In this document: positions 11,950 through 23,988 of the stretch, one piece after another
Layout: each line of letters starts with the position of its first letter
Numbering within the stretch: the first letter of the stretch is position 1
From: Folioceros fuciformis
Taxonomy: Eukaryota
DNA: 64,000 nt
Direction: 5' to 3'
Assembly (NCBI GenBank): GCA_049999805.1
Contig: JBNGIO010006148.1
Location: 1-64,000, forward strand
Program-made: the position numbers and the translations under genes
The notes under the pieces: generated by a model
Told to the model about the DNA's origin: nothing
Seen by the model: the letters and a program-made list of their open reading frames with translations, nothing else
The model's database searches: none

Positions 11950-14900
11950 AATAATACGGCGTTTCTAGCCTGTTTAGTGATCGAGGTGAATGGATTATAG
12001 ATGGATGCTCAGGCAGCGGGAGTAGGGTTCTAGCAGCTCTCCTAGAGGGGCGTAATTGTATTGACATCGAACAGGAGCAACACCATACCATTTTCATCGA
12101 GCAAAGTGCATATGACTGGATACTAAGACACCAAAAGGGTTCGATGACAAACTTGATTTATTTTAGATGCCATTCGCCACCCTAGGCTCCTTCACACCAA
12201 CAAAAATCTACACTAGTATGAGCAATCTCAACCCACCTTATGCTCCTAGCCTTCCATCTATTTTCAGCTAGGGGCCTAGACATTGATGATGCCTAGCCTG
12301 TTTCCTCCTCTAGCCGTTGTGCAGGTAGCTCTTGTCCTCTCCTTGCAATTGTCCACCTAATCTTCTTGCTACTACCTCTTGGAATCCTGCAAGGGTGAGG
12401 TGTCAATGTCTTTAGCAAAAGGGCGCTTCACTCCCTTGGATGCCATTGGATGAGGCTGGATCACTTTGCAGAGAAAGATCCTTTGCCCTTGAGACTCTGA
12501 GACAATCGGCAGCATCAACTGGCTGTATTTCTTCAGGTCTTGACCTTCTCCTCCCAAATGCATAGGGTCCTGATCGGCACATGTACGCTTACTCTCTATC
12601 TGCACAATTTTGCCCTCTTTTGCCTCTCGCTCCTCTTCTCATTCTCTTTCCTCCTCCGCGGTAGGTCCTTCTTCCTCCTGCTGTCTACCTCCACTGTTCG
12701 TAGGCTTACTCCCTTCTCTCTCTATAGGTGGTTTGGTAGCAAGTCCTTCCTGCGGCGGTAGGTCTGCCTGATCAGCCAATGTTTCAGCGGCTTGTTGTGC
12801 CCATCTTCTTCCCTCTACTCAGGTACTTCCTCTCACTCAAAATCTTCTCCATCCATGTCACTATCTTCTTTCCATTCCGATATGGGAGGGATAGACTTTT
12901 TCAACTCAGCTCGATCATCATCATGAGGCTCAATGGCCTTCTTCTTGGCAATCTTCAACAGCTCCTGATTGGCCTTCAGCACCTTGCTGTGTAGGTGTAC
13001 CCTTTCTTCCTCCAAAGTCAACTCTAATTCCTCCAAGACGCTGCTGGTAGGCATTCCTCTCAAGGATCAATTTGCCTATTTTCAATTATAGGGCTACATT
13101 CTCTTCCTGTAAGAGACGAAGTTGGGTTAGCAAACCAAATTGGATGGTGTAGTCCACTCGGAACCTACGATTCCTGACAACCAACGTCTTGAGAATTTGG
13201 GAGGCATGTTGAAGTTTCAAGTTCTCCTTTTGCTGCTCCACCTCCTTAAATCTCAACTGATTCTTCTTCCTCTCCTGCTGTAGGTGAGAGTGATCTTCAA
13301 TTAATCGTTGAATTTTTGTGTCCTTGCTCTTGACTTCATTCTTGTGCTCCTCCAGCTAAGGCTCCAGGTTTTGTAGCTTTGACACCCTCTCTCGCAAGTT
13401 GGCCCTGTTCTGCAGCCTCTTCTCTTCCAAACCCACAACTTGCTAGCGTGCTTCTAGCAATTCAGATTAAGTGATGGCCTAAGAGTGGTTCAACTCAATG
13501 ATTTGGGCATGCATCTGAATTAGCAAGTCTTCCTGTTGTTGATTAACTTGCTTAAAATCTTCTCATTCCACCTCCGAATTGTTGAGGAATGCACGCAAAT
13601 AATAGGCTTCTTCCTCTCCCTCCGTCTTCAAATCCCAATGAGGAAACTTATAAATGGGGACCAACTTGTTGTTGACCTTACTGCTGAGGGTGGAGTGTCG
13701 GGGTCGAAGCTAACTTTCACAAACTCCTAAGCTTGTTCCTGCCTTTTGGTTGCCCTCCTCCGTTCTGTGTATGCACATTTAAGTGGGGTGGTATGTCCAT
13801 GGATGTGGCGGGATCTCAATTTGTAACGAGGACCGGTCTCATGCTCCTTAGGTTGCATTCCCTTATGAACACGTACAGCAAACAAAAGGTCAACTAGCTT
13901 GGCTAAGAGGGGAAAAGAAGGCAAACTAGCACTACGGTTAGGCTTGTTGCTAAGGCTAGAAAACCTTACAAGCCCATAACTGTGAAATGTTAAAGTCACA
14001 GTTGCAAAAAGGACCTGTAGGGAGTGAGTCTAAAAGATAAGCTAAGAGTTAGGGTACATGTAATGAAAGACTTGAAGTGCTAGAGTCCACAAGAGCCCTA
14101 GCCCCTATGCTGCAACAAGAGGGGTGTTGGCTGTAAATAGCCAACATTTCCTTATTGAAGCCCTAGATGACCAAATCCTCCAATAGATTTGTCTTAGCAA
14201 GGCAAACAATATGGTATGTGAATCAAAGGCAACCAACCTTTGTGGCGGACGCTATGAGCTTTGGAAGGCTAGGACAACTTGTTGCAAGTGGAATGCAATT
14301 GCTGCTGCTAGCATGATAGGGTGTGTTGGTGATGCCGTCTTGCTGTAGTTGCTTGGCCGCCCTCACTAATCTAAATCGCCCCTAGCTCTTGCATGTCAAG
14401 CTCTACATTGACATCAGTTGTTGAAGTGAAGAGATTGATGCCTCTTTCATGTATCAATCAGGGAGAAATGTGAGAGGCTGTGCATATTGCATAGCTATGA
14501 GCCTATAAATCACGCCATAGCCTACACCACAAGAAATTTTTTTGCTGAAAATATGCTCAGTTTGAACCCCTATCTCAAAAGAACATGACTTCTCAAGGTT
14601 CTCTTCTAGTGTCATAGCGCTGCAAGGCGCGTCTTCAACAACTAATAACTCCTACCTAGTTGTCTCTTTTGCCTAGCGCTAGCCATCATCTCCGCGATCC
14701 ACTCTCTTATTGAGTTGGCTCCATGCTCTTACATTAGCAACAGACTACTCCTTTCCATGACACCTTGTTGGGTCACCTAGGTTTTGGAATCTCCTCACAT
14801 TGGGCACCAAGGCTATACCAACAAGAAGTTGGAAAATAGGCAGCATGTGTTCTAACCTAACCTGCTCGAAAAACATCTAGCTAGTTATAAGCTAGTTTGC

Positions 14901-15950
14901 AAAATATCTAGTTTAGCTAGATTGATTCATCCTAGCATTAATTTGGAAAATTTATTTGTTGTCCTATACTACACAACATTGGATGAGGGCTTCTTACCTA
15001 ATCGGCCATCACCTTCATGACAAAGGTTTTATCTCAGGCGTTGAGGGCGGTTTTCCTTTATAGGTATCTTTTAGGCAAGTGAAGAACTCTTTACTAGTAG
15101 AGGCTTGTGAGTCTCTACCTCTTTTAACCTCCTTTTCTAAGGAAGGGTTGAGGGGTTTTTAGGCCTTCCTCGTGGAAAAGCGACATGACCAAGCACTAAG
15201 AGCCCTTTTTCAGAACTCATCCATTCGTAGATATTCTTGGGCTTGTATTCGCTCTTGTTCAGGTAAAAGAGTGGGCTCTTGGCTTTTGGCTCGACCTTGC
15301 ATCTAGGTGTTTTTAATTGCACTAACAACTTTAGCCATCGCAATGAGATTTTGCTTAGGTTTAGCCCACCCGTTGGCTGTTTCTCTTTCTACATGCAGTG
15401 CTGAGGTTGCCATTGTCGATACAAGGTCCCATATGGCACGTTGTCCCTTTACGGGGCACTACATTGCCACCCATGATGCAATTTGGCATGTTATGTTCTT
15501 AATGGCTTATTAATAGGGAATGTGAGTTTCTTCCATACATGGAGACGAGCCTGTTTTCATCCCCTTCCTTTTGAAACACATTGGGCCATGGGCAAGGAAT
15601 TGTCAACATTCATTAAGGAGTGCTCAAAGGCATATAGAGTAATAGGAATGATGTTCTTTCTCTTTCCTTTGTGGTGGTCTTCTTTTGATAAAGCGTATTC
15701 GTTGCTTTTTGCTTTGCAAAGAGCATTGGCCAATACGATGTTTAGAATAGCAACAAGCACAGGTCACAAGGCTTTTTCCGCATTGATGTTAAGTAGGTCT
15801 ACTGTTATTCCACATCATAACATTTTGGGAGCAAGAGGTAATTTTTGAGAATGATGTTCGAAGGGGCTAATATCCTTTTAGCTTTTGAGAAAGATGTTCA
15901 AAGAGGCCAATTAGTACCCTTTTTAGCCATGGGCCCTCCTTAGGTTGTTT
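11950..15950 (-). mobile_element. Decayed retroelement DNA, possibly Ty3/gypsy gag-protease plus a coiled-coil accessory ORF remnant
   Basis: AT-rich and CpG-poor, with broken E/K/R-rich reading frames at 12.4-13.7 kb and only faint knuckle-like and protease-like remnants at 14.2-15.5 kb. No LTRs or reverse transcriptase identified. Confidence 0.35.
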
Positions 15951-16609
15951 CTTTCGGGAGTGGATGGGACTTTTATCTTTATCAATAAATAAATAAATAA
16001 ATAAAAAGCTCTTTACTAATAATAATTAATATAAAAACATTAATAACTAGTTTGTCAGCGCACTAGATGCATAGGAAAACAGTTGGCTGGACGGGAGGAG
16101 GAAAACAGTTGGCTGGACGGAAGGACAACAAAAGTGCAGCTGAAACATGGAAGCGGCCAAGCCCATATGGCTAGGAAAGCTCTCCAAGGAAGTTGAAAAT
16201 GGAATAACATGAAAATAAAATATGTGTGTAGCAGCAAGGCAGTCGTAGGTCATTCGTGTGAGAGAGTCACGGCGGAGCCTTAGAGGTGGCGCGAAAAACC
16301 TCGTAAATGCTAGTGGCTCCACCTGTCTCGACTCTCGAGAGCGATGAGCTCAAAGATTCCTCGTACACGACGCAACGGGTCGCCCCATCAGGCCCACGCT
16401 GCGAGCAATTGCTTTGCCGCCTGCCGATTTCTCAGTGCTCGGCCGGCCCTCCGCAATGCCAGAATTTTGAAATTGGGCGCACCCAAGCGGTTGAGACGGG
16501 CTGTAGGCTCCCCGTACCCATATGTTGGTGTCTTCGTCGCCTCTGCCTCCAGCAACAGCGGGTCTGGATGGGTAGGCATTTGGTGTGAGTGAAGGTTGCA
16601 GCTGCAACA

Positions 16610-18193
16610 ATGGTGGTAAGGCTGATGATAGGCGGCAGGTCGCTCACAGATGAGGAAGTGCTCTTCCGGCACCAGTTGCTGAAGCTCATCCAGAAGGAGA
16701 AGCTGAAGCGCTCCCTGCACCGCACCTTCGTGCCGGGTAAGGTGTTCGGGAGCGGCGACAGCTTTAAGTTCGGTGCAGTGAGACCTGCTCCTGCGCTAGG
16801 GAATGCAGCAGCAGCAGGCACGCAGTTGGTGAGCAATCCACTCTACAATTCCGCGCAGTCTCCGCAGCGCGAGCCTGATTCCCGGCCAAATCTGTCATCG
16901 GCTGGCTCTGGAGGTGTTGGTCCTGTTGAGGAGGTTTGTGACACAGCCAGGACTGCGCCGCTTGAGCAGGGTGCTCTGAGGTCCAAGGCGGGGAGGACCT
17001 CGAGCTCCTTGTTGCAGCTGATGAAGCAGAGTCATGGATCTCTTAAGCAGCTTTTCAGCAAGGAAGGGATGGTGGAAGAGGGAGGAGGGGCGGACAAGGA
17101 CGGAGCTCTAGGCACGTTGAACGGCGGGAGAAGGAGCGGAAGGCGTGCCAGGAATATGAGCGGATCTTACCAGTTTGTGACCAAGGAGGAGGCGCTAGTG
17201 CTAGATGAGCTCCGGAAAGACGAGTATCGAGATGTCAAGGTGTCTCCGTCCGGCAAAAGCACGAGATTCTTCACATTGGAGGAGAGCGGCCGACTTGTGA
17301 GCGTTGTTTGCACGGATGATGCCAAGGATGGCAAGATTGCGTCCCCGGCACCAGGGAAGGTGCTGCTCCGCGGCAGCAGCCCGCAGAGATCTGGAAAAGT
17401 GAGTCCTGAGGTGAATGATACAGAAGCCGATTCTCCGGCGGTTAAAGCTGTTGCGGATGCCAATTTGCGCGAGGATGCTTCTCTAGGGGTCTCGAGCAAT
17501 TCTCCGAGAGTGTCAGAGGGGAAGGTATCGAGATTGGATTCTCCCCGGCGAGAGGAAAATGCATTCAACAAGCAGCTTTCCAACCCCGCGTCTCCTGTAA
17601 TGCTGTGCCTCCCCAACCTCAACCTCTACGGGGACGAAAATCTCACGGTAGCTTCAGAGTTTGCTGAGATTTCTCTTAAGTATGGTATTGTGTCGTCCAA
17701 AAGTCACAGGTACGTGGTCCAGGAAGAAAGCACACACTATGAGAGCGTGACGACAAAGGAGGTGGTATTGTCCAAGGAAGTTATCTTATCCAAGGAGGTG
17801 AGCATTTCGGGCGGCAGCAAGCTCGAGAGCCTCCGGGAACATGAGTCACCGGTGCTTGCTGGCGACAGAAAATCGAAGGGCTTGGTGTCCTCGCCCACAT
17901 CTAACGGTCCCGATCATAATGCTACGAACGGCGGCAGCAGCAGCGTGGGACATAAGGATCGCAACATGGTGGAACCTGACTCTAAGCGAAGCTCGGCAAA
18001 TGCTTCTGACTCAGTGGCAGAGAAGCAAGTTACTACTGACAAGCAGCAATCTGAGGGAACTTCAAGAAGCAAGAGCAGAGGACGCAGGAGGAAGAAGGGC
18101 TCCACGCGGGTAACCAAGTCCAAGCACAAGCCTTTCAAGAAACTCTTCACCAGCACCATCCTATGCAGATGTGATTTGGATAGCATCAGCTGA
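16610..18193 (+). CDS. Intronless ~527-aa Ser/Glu/Lys-rich protein of unknown function
   Basis: 1.58-kb uninterrupted ORF with gene-like GC content and ATG in ACAATGG context. Basic C-terminus ending ILCRCDLDSIS. No domain recognised. Confidence 0.7.
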   Translation: MVVRLMIGGRSLTDEEVLFRHQLLKLIQKEKLKRSLHRTFVPGKVFGSGDSFKFGAVRPAPALGNAAAAGTQLVSNPLYNSAQSPQREPDSRPNLSSAGSGGVGPVEEVCDTARTAPLEQGALRSKAGRTSSSLLQLMKQSHGSLKQLFSKEGMVEEGGGADKDGALGTLNGGRRSGRRARNMSGSYQFVTKEEALVLDELRKDEYRDVKVSPSGKSTRFFTLEESGRLVSVVCTDDAKDGKIASPAPGKVLLRGSSPQRSGKVSPEVNDTEADSPAVKAVADANLREDASLGVSSNSPRVSEGKVSRLDSPRREENAFNKQLSNPASPVMLCLPNLNLYGDENLTVASEFAEISLKYGIVSSKSHRYVVQEESTHYESVTTKEVVLSKEVILSKEVSISGGSKLESLREHESPVLAGDRKSKGLVSSPTSNGPDHNATNGGSSSVGHKDRNMVEPDSKRSSANASDSVAEKQVTTDKQQSEGTSRSKSRGRRRKKGSTRVTKSKHKPFKKLFTSTILCRCDLDSIS

Positions 18194-18603
18194 CGAGGTT
18201 GGTGGAACTCTTGTCGGTGTCGAATCTCGTTCGCAATCTCGCTTGCACACCTCTCCGACCACTTGTTTGATATTAAAACTTTATTTCTACTGTTTCTTCT
18301 TCTCTCGTTGAAGAAGTATGAACTACTGTGGGCATAAGAGGAAGGTATTCCGCTCTAAGCAGTTGGAAGTAGTCCAAGCCTACCGTGATTTGCAAGAACA
18401 TTACGTGGCCAAGGGCAGGCCACCTTTAACCTGGTGTCCTTTTCATCTGCTCCAGTTAGGAAGTGGTAAGAGGTGACAGTTTCAGATTGGTGCACATAGG
18501 TTGTAGCTTCTACCTCTTCCCTTGCCTTCTGCTCGTTCATCATCTAGGTTCACTGCTGTCGCAGTGCAATGCCTGTTCCTCGTTGAAAACACAAGTTATC
18601 TTA

Positions 18604-18760
18604 TACTTATTTCTGTCCAGAGTCTCGACTATGTTGTATGTACTTATTTCTGTCCAGAATCTCGGCCATCTTGTACTTCATTTCTGTCCAGAATCTCGGC
18701 TGTCTTGTACTCTTTGCTGTCCAGAATCTCAACCATCTCGTACTTCTTTCTGTCCAGAAT
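18604..18760. repeat. Five ~33-37-bp tandem repeats
   Basis: Core CTGTCCAGA recurs at 18613, 18650, 18684, 18717 and 18750, each preceded by TACT plus T-rich bases. Confidence 0.85.
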
Positions 18761-19622
18761 ATGCTCTATGGCATTATATACCCCTGAAGGAGGCCCCAAA
18801 GGCCGTCAGTACCCCCATAGGGTTCAACTGACCAAATCAAGGGGTCAGCGTTGGTGTGGTCGTGTTGCCACACCAATGGTGAGCCTTGGTGTGGCCGTGG
18901 CCGAGGCTATAACCAAACCGGAGGGCCTGAGCCTCTTGCGAAGTCTAAGGTCCTCCATGGCCCCGCGCGGGCTGAGGCCCCTCTTCTTGAGGCGGTCAGG
19001 GCTGAGGTCTCGAGCCTCATGGCCTTCCTTGCCTTGCCCCGCCCCTAAATTTTTTACCCTATGCCGCACCTCGAATACTGCTCGGCATGTCCACGATGGT
19101 TTCTCAGGCATCACAGGCGCCCTTGCCCGGCATTCATTCCCTTGCATGTCAATACCTTGAGCGGCAGATCTGGAGTAGCATTATGCAGCCACCGCCATGT
19201 GCTGGGCCGGCAATGTTCTTGCCCTGCCTTCCTCGCGACGCTAAAAGCTACCTGCTCGGTCCAACTTGGTCATGGAAGCCACTCGTGTTACGAGGGTTTG
19301 ATCCCTCGAGTTTGGCTCACGGAGACACGCACCCCGATTGGCTTAATCTAAAACTACGAAGAAACTGCAAAAACACAAGGGCAGATGAGAAATGAATAAC
19401 CACCCTTTATTGCGAAAGTGGCAACGGCTCTTCGGGGCTCACTTGATACGAAACCCTTGCACTTGCAAATAATAAGATATAACTTACTTTTTCATGGCAT
19501 CGCTGGCTATTGTTCCCAAGGGAAGACAGTTTCAAAACCTTGCTATGTAAGATTTTTACCAGTTTGCTACACAATAATATTAATAGTTAAGTAACAGCAC
19601 TCTCTGAGTGCTGTTACTCTCA

Positions 19623-21828
19623 CTAATACCCTGTATGAAAAGGCTTGAACTTGGTAAGATCTTGCAGCATCCCTTCCACTGATCCTATAGCAGCAGCAAG
19701 GCTAACCAACAAGCAAAGCAGGCTCAGAAGCTGGAGCCACATCCATTTGCTAGACCAGCGAGGGATCCCTCGCTTCACGATATACATCTCCAGAGGGAAG
19801 AAAACAGTCAAGGGCCAGAAAGTGAGTGCTCCGATGATTCCCATTACGTCGTTGAAGAAGGGAATCAACATGGAGATGAGTGTCAATGTGATTACGTATA
19901 TCGTCCTCCAAACTATCCGGAAGTAGTTGAAGTAATATTTCCCCATACCACAAGGAAGGCGCACAGCATGCTCCTTGTTCACAAAGTAGCTGGAAGGATA
20001 CTTCTTAGCCACAACGCTCTCCAAGAATGCGAAAAGGGGCTGACTGAAAACCTGTGATAGCAGCAAAAAGTGTCAACAATTGGTGCTTCACAAGAGAGGA
20101 ATTGCTGGGAAGGCAGAAGGGGAGAAGGGAATTTGTGCGTAAGGTGGAAAGTTACCTGGTACGCTCCCACCAGGTGCACCACAATACACGCATTGGCGAA
20201 GTCTACCAACCAGTAAGGATCGTAGAAACCGAATCCAGTCATAAGATTTCCAGGGGCATGCACTCCAAAGGCTGCATAGCCAACCAAGCCTACAGCCATG
20301 TAGAACAGGGTAGTCACAGTGGTGCCAATGGTGGTTGCCTTTTTCATCACCTTGTTCTCAGCTGGTTTGGACTTCAAAGTGTCCTGAGTTGTTCACATGT
20401 ACAATTGTATACATAATGTATGTCAGTTGCAGTATCGTGAAAAAGGGAAGACGAAAGCACATGCAACTGGGAGCTCGACAGGAATGGTGTACACACGCAC
20501 AGACCTGGATCTCAATAAGGATCATGGAGAAGGAGTACGCAAAAGCGATGTTTCCCAGCGCTTGGAAAATCTTCCATGTGGCCTGTGTCGGACTCAAGTT
20601 GTGTCCGAGGGAGATGGTTCCTTTCCCTCCATGTCCCGCTGCAAGGGTTTACGACAAGGGACACAGGCGAGAGTGAGATTCATGATCAACATAAGACACT
20701 TTGTCACGGATGCTCATCTTGCGTGCGTCGCAATTACCACAACGCTGGAAAGGATTTGAAAACTTACCAGCCACTCGTTCGACTGCAAGCCCGAGTCCGA
20801 CAGACGAATAAGAGAAGGACATCACAGCGGCAACATACGACAACCACCAGATGCTGCCAAAATCTGGAATTTGGGACAGAACAATCTGGACCAATCCGAA
20901 AATGATCATGTAGATGTTGTTGCTGACATGGCAAGGCGAGTTATGTCCGTGCGAATGGAAGCAGCCCGAGCGTTTAATGGCCCTGTAGATCGAGCCAAGA
21001 AGGAATGGTTAGCACTGTGAGTGAGTGGTGGGCGGGCTTGGGGAGGAGAGAGCTGTGCAGGTGTGCAGAACACTCACACCATGCTGATGGACGAGGTGAT
21101 TGTGTATCCAATGGACGTGCCCAGAAGATTCGCATACTGCACCAACCCGCACCAGAGGACTGCCCGCCCTCCTGCGAGTACATAGAGCGGGACAAAGTAT
21201 GTGAGGGTGCGCAGAAGAGGAATTACCCTGGGAGGCCGTCCGAGAAGTGTACGTCGGCTGTGTCCAGTCGGAGGGTGAGTGGTGACTCACCGAATGTAAG
21301 CTGGAAGAGCAGCAATCAAGCAAGAAAGCAGAGGACGTGGAACTCTTACCGAGATGGGTCCTGACGGCATCCATGTAAGTGTAGTTCCGCGCCCCGGTGA
21401 CAGGATCGGGATACCTGTAGCACTCCGTGAGCATGACGGACGTGAAATAGGTGATGAGCGCAAAGAACAACAGGATCACTGGACCGGCAATCCATCCCAG
21501 CTGCGCTATGCTCCATGCCAACGACAGAACTCCAGAGCCGATCACCGCTGTTATTACGTGCGCAGACGCCGTCCAGGTTGTTCCTGGTTGCGAGGAGCAC
21601 CACGGTGTCACAAGAAGGCGCTTCAGGGACGAGCGGGAATCAAGCTTTAAAACAAGAGAGCAGAAAGAAAAATGTTGCAAGGCAAGGCAAGGCAAGGCAA
21701 GGCAAAGCACCTGAGCGCTGCGGACGTCCATCGTCATCAAGAGGACCCTCGACTATGGATCCGTTGGCTCCCTTGGGGCCTTCGAATTCGAGGGCCTTGG
21801 GAACTTTCCACCCCGCTTCAGCCGCCAT
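19623..21828 (-). CDS. AAP: Amino acid permease (AAP family), multi-exon
   Basis: DDDGRPQRS / GTTWTASAHVITAVIGSGVLSLAWSIAQLGWIAGP, YPDPVTGARNYTYMDAVR, QIPDF, ALGNIAFAYSFSMILIEIQ, APGNLMTGFGFYDPYWLVDFAN, PFFNDVMGIIGALTFWPLTVFFP. Confidence 0.95.
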
Positions 21829-22890
21829 CGGATGCTCGCCTTGACCTCGGACGAATCGGCCACTGCGCACAAACAAAACATACATTCAAGGACACATGTG
21901 AGAGGCCGTAGCAGCGAGGCAGTGGAGGAGATCCGAGGAAAACAAGACAAGAGAAGCGGAGCAAAGCGCGATCTCAACGCCAGCCCGGCAACCTGTGGAT
22001 TCCTCTCCAGCTCGAGGCCCCCGAGGCGGCGAGGCGAGACACGGGACGTATCAAGCGGAATACAAAATTGTGTACATCAAGCAAGCCAGCCAGCCGCCTC
22101 GAACACTTGTACTTCATCCCCCCGACATCGCAAACCAATAGAAACCAAGCACAGAGACCCAAGAGCCCGACAAGGAGGTGAGGCGTCCAGCTCCCGCTGC
22201 ATGCATGGACAAAACGCAGAGACGTGGTCGAGCAGGAGGAAAAAGCACCGGGGCGGGCCAAGGCGAGCCGGGCCGGCGGAAGGTGCAGCGGGGGAGAAGG
22301 CAGGACGGACTCGGTGCCTCCCAAATTGTCCACCTACCTTCCAACCTCCAGCGGGGAAGAGCGCGAGCCCTGGAGACGAGGTGCGGTTACCACCACAAGC
22401 AAAGCGCGTGCACGCTAAGAGGAATTACGATCCAGCACCGCCGCAGCCAGCAGAACCAAAAATAACTAAGGCGAGCGGACACGGCAGAGGCGATAGCGCG
22501 CCGAATAATGCTCCCTGACAGTTGCGGTCTTCCCCGCTGGCCTACACTGCCAGCTGCCTCAGCTATGTCCCTCATTAATGCTGTCGGGCAGGGACAGAGC
22601 GCCGACTGAACGCCGATCCAGCTGACCGTAGCACGACGACGTTGACGGACTGACAAGTGGTGGGGGGGCAGGGATCAGGGAGTTCAGGCCACCGCCCCGG
22701 TCTCTGCCCATGGCCCCGCCTGTGTGCTTGTACAATATCGTATCGTATGCAGATGGAATCGGTCCTCACCTTGCCTACACAAGCAGTGCAACAACTTCGC
22801 ACTGCACGCCGATTCCCGCGTCTGCTCGATCTGTGCTGGTGAGCTCCAGAACGCAGAATTTTTCCACATTCCCACACCACACCAGGCACA

Positions 22891-23078
22891 TCCGCCCCGC
22901 TCCGCTCCGCCCTGCCCCGCTCCGCCCTGCCCNNNNNNNNNNNNNNNNNNNNNNNNNNNNNNNNNNNNNNNNNNNNNNNNNNNNNNNNNNNNNNNNNNNN
23001 NNNNNNNNNNNNNNNNNNNNNNNNNNNNNNNNCGCTCCGCCCTGCCCCGCTCCGCCCTGCCCTGCTCCGCCCCGCCCG
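22891..23078. repeat. GC-rich pentanucleotide-type microsatellite flanking a 100-N assembly gap (22933-23032)
   Basis: CCGCT/CCGCC/CTGCC units on both sides of the N run. Confidence 0.85.
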
Positions 23079-23988
23079 CTGGCTGCTGCCGCTGCCTGTC
23101 GCGTCTCCGATACCTCTAGGTGAAGACGGCAAAGCGGCCACCAGCTCGGGACGGGAAACTGGCGCGAACGCACACTCTACTTATGTCAATTACAACGACA
23201 GAATCATACTGCCCGATCGTACGCTCCCTACACTTGGCCACCACGCACCGAGCACTAGTCGTTCCACCTGTTCACCATGCCATGCAGCCTGCCTGAACTT
23301 GATCCACATTTTTATGTTTAATAATCCCTGATTTTCCTGTTTCCTCACCCAATGATGCCTACACCTTTGCCCTGATCCGTAGCGTAACTGTTAAGTCACA
23401 CTGTTACGGATCGTCACGAGTTAACGAAACGAAGGAAAAGGGTTCCGGTCAGTCCTGAATCCTCAACACCCTAACGCGATCTTCCGATGTCGCGGTCTGA
23501 AAATAAACAAGATCGTCCTCGAGTGGGTCCAGCATAGACCGAGGAACATGCAACGCGACAAACTTGAGCGGGGCCCGGGCCGGGGTCGCAAACCAACCGC
23601 CACCAGCTCGCGTGGCCCTCGCCCTCGTCCCCGCACCTGCCTGCTTACGTCTCCGCCAATCCACGACGCCGGGACGGGACGTGACGTCGCGACATCACCA
23701 TGGATGCACCGGCCCAAGATTTGAAGTCACGACTCGTCGCATCTCGCTCGTCTCGTAGTTGCATGCAACATGCACAGGCGGCGCCAATTCCTTTAATATC
23801 TACTCCCACCAGGCTTTGGAAGCCAGGAATGGAGGGTGAATGTTAGTTCATTAGAGCGAGACAGCAGCAGAGAAAGAGGAAAGGATTCACGTCTACAACG
23901 TTCCATCGCTAGTTAGCTAGCGTAGTATGTGTACAACAATGCTGGGGCCGTAGAGGCAAGGCCAAGCATGGTCTCCGCTCCCTCCCGT

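Noticed and set aside
18604-18760. Regularly spaced repeats resembling a CRISPR array (also 1535-1670 and 54131-54307)
   Set aside because: Units are contiguous tandem copies without unique spacers, there are no cas genes, and the context is eukaryotic.
21675-21706. (GGCAA)n run; also (GTTAC)n near 60026-60050 and AACCT-rich repeats near 28110-28165
   Set aside because: Ordinary intronic or intergenic microsatellites.
22575-23173. ORFs running through the N gap
   Set aside because: Artefacts of a GC-rich microsatellite and 100 unknown bases.
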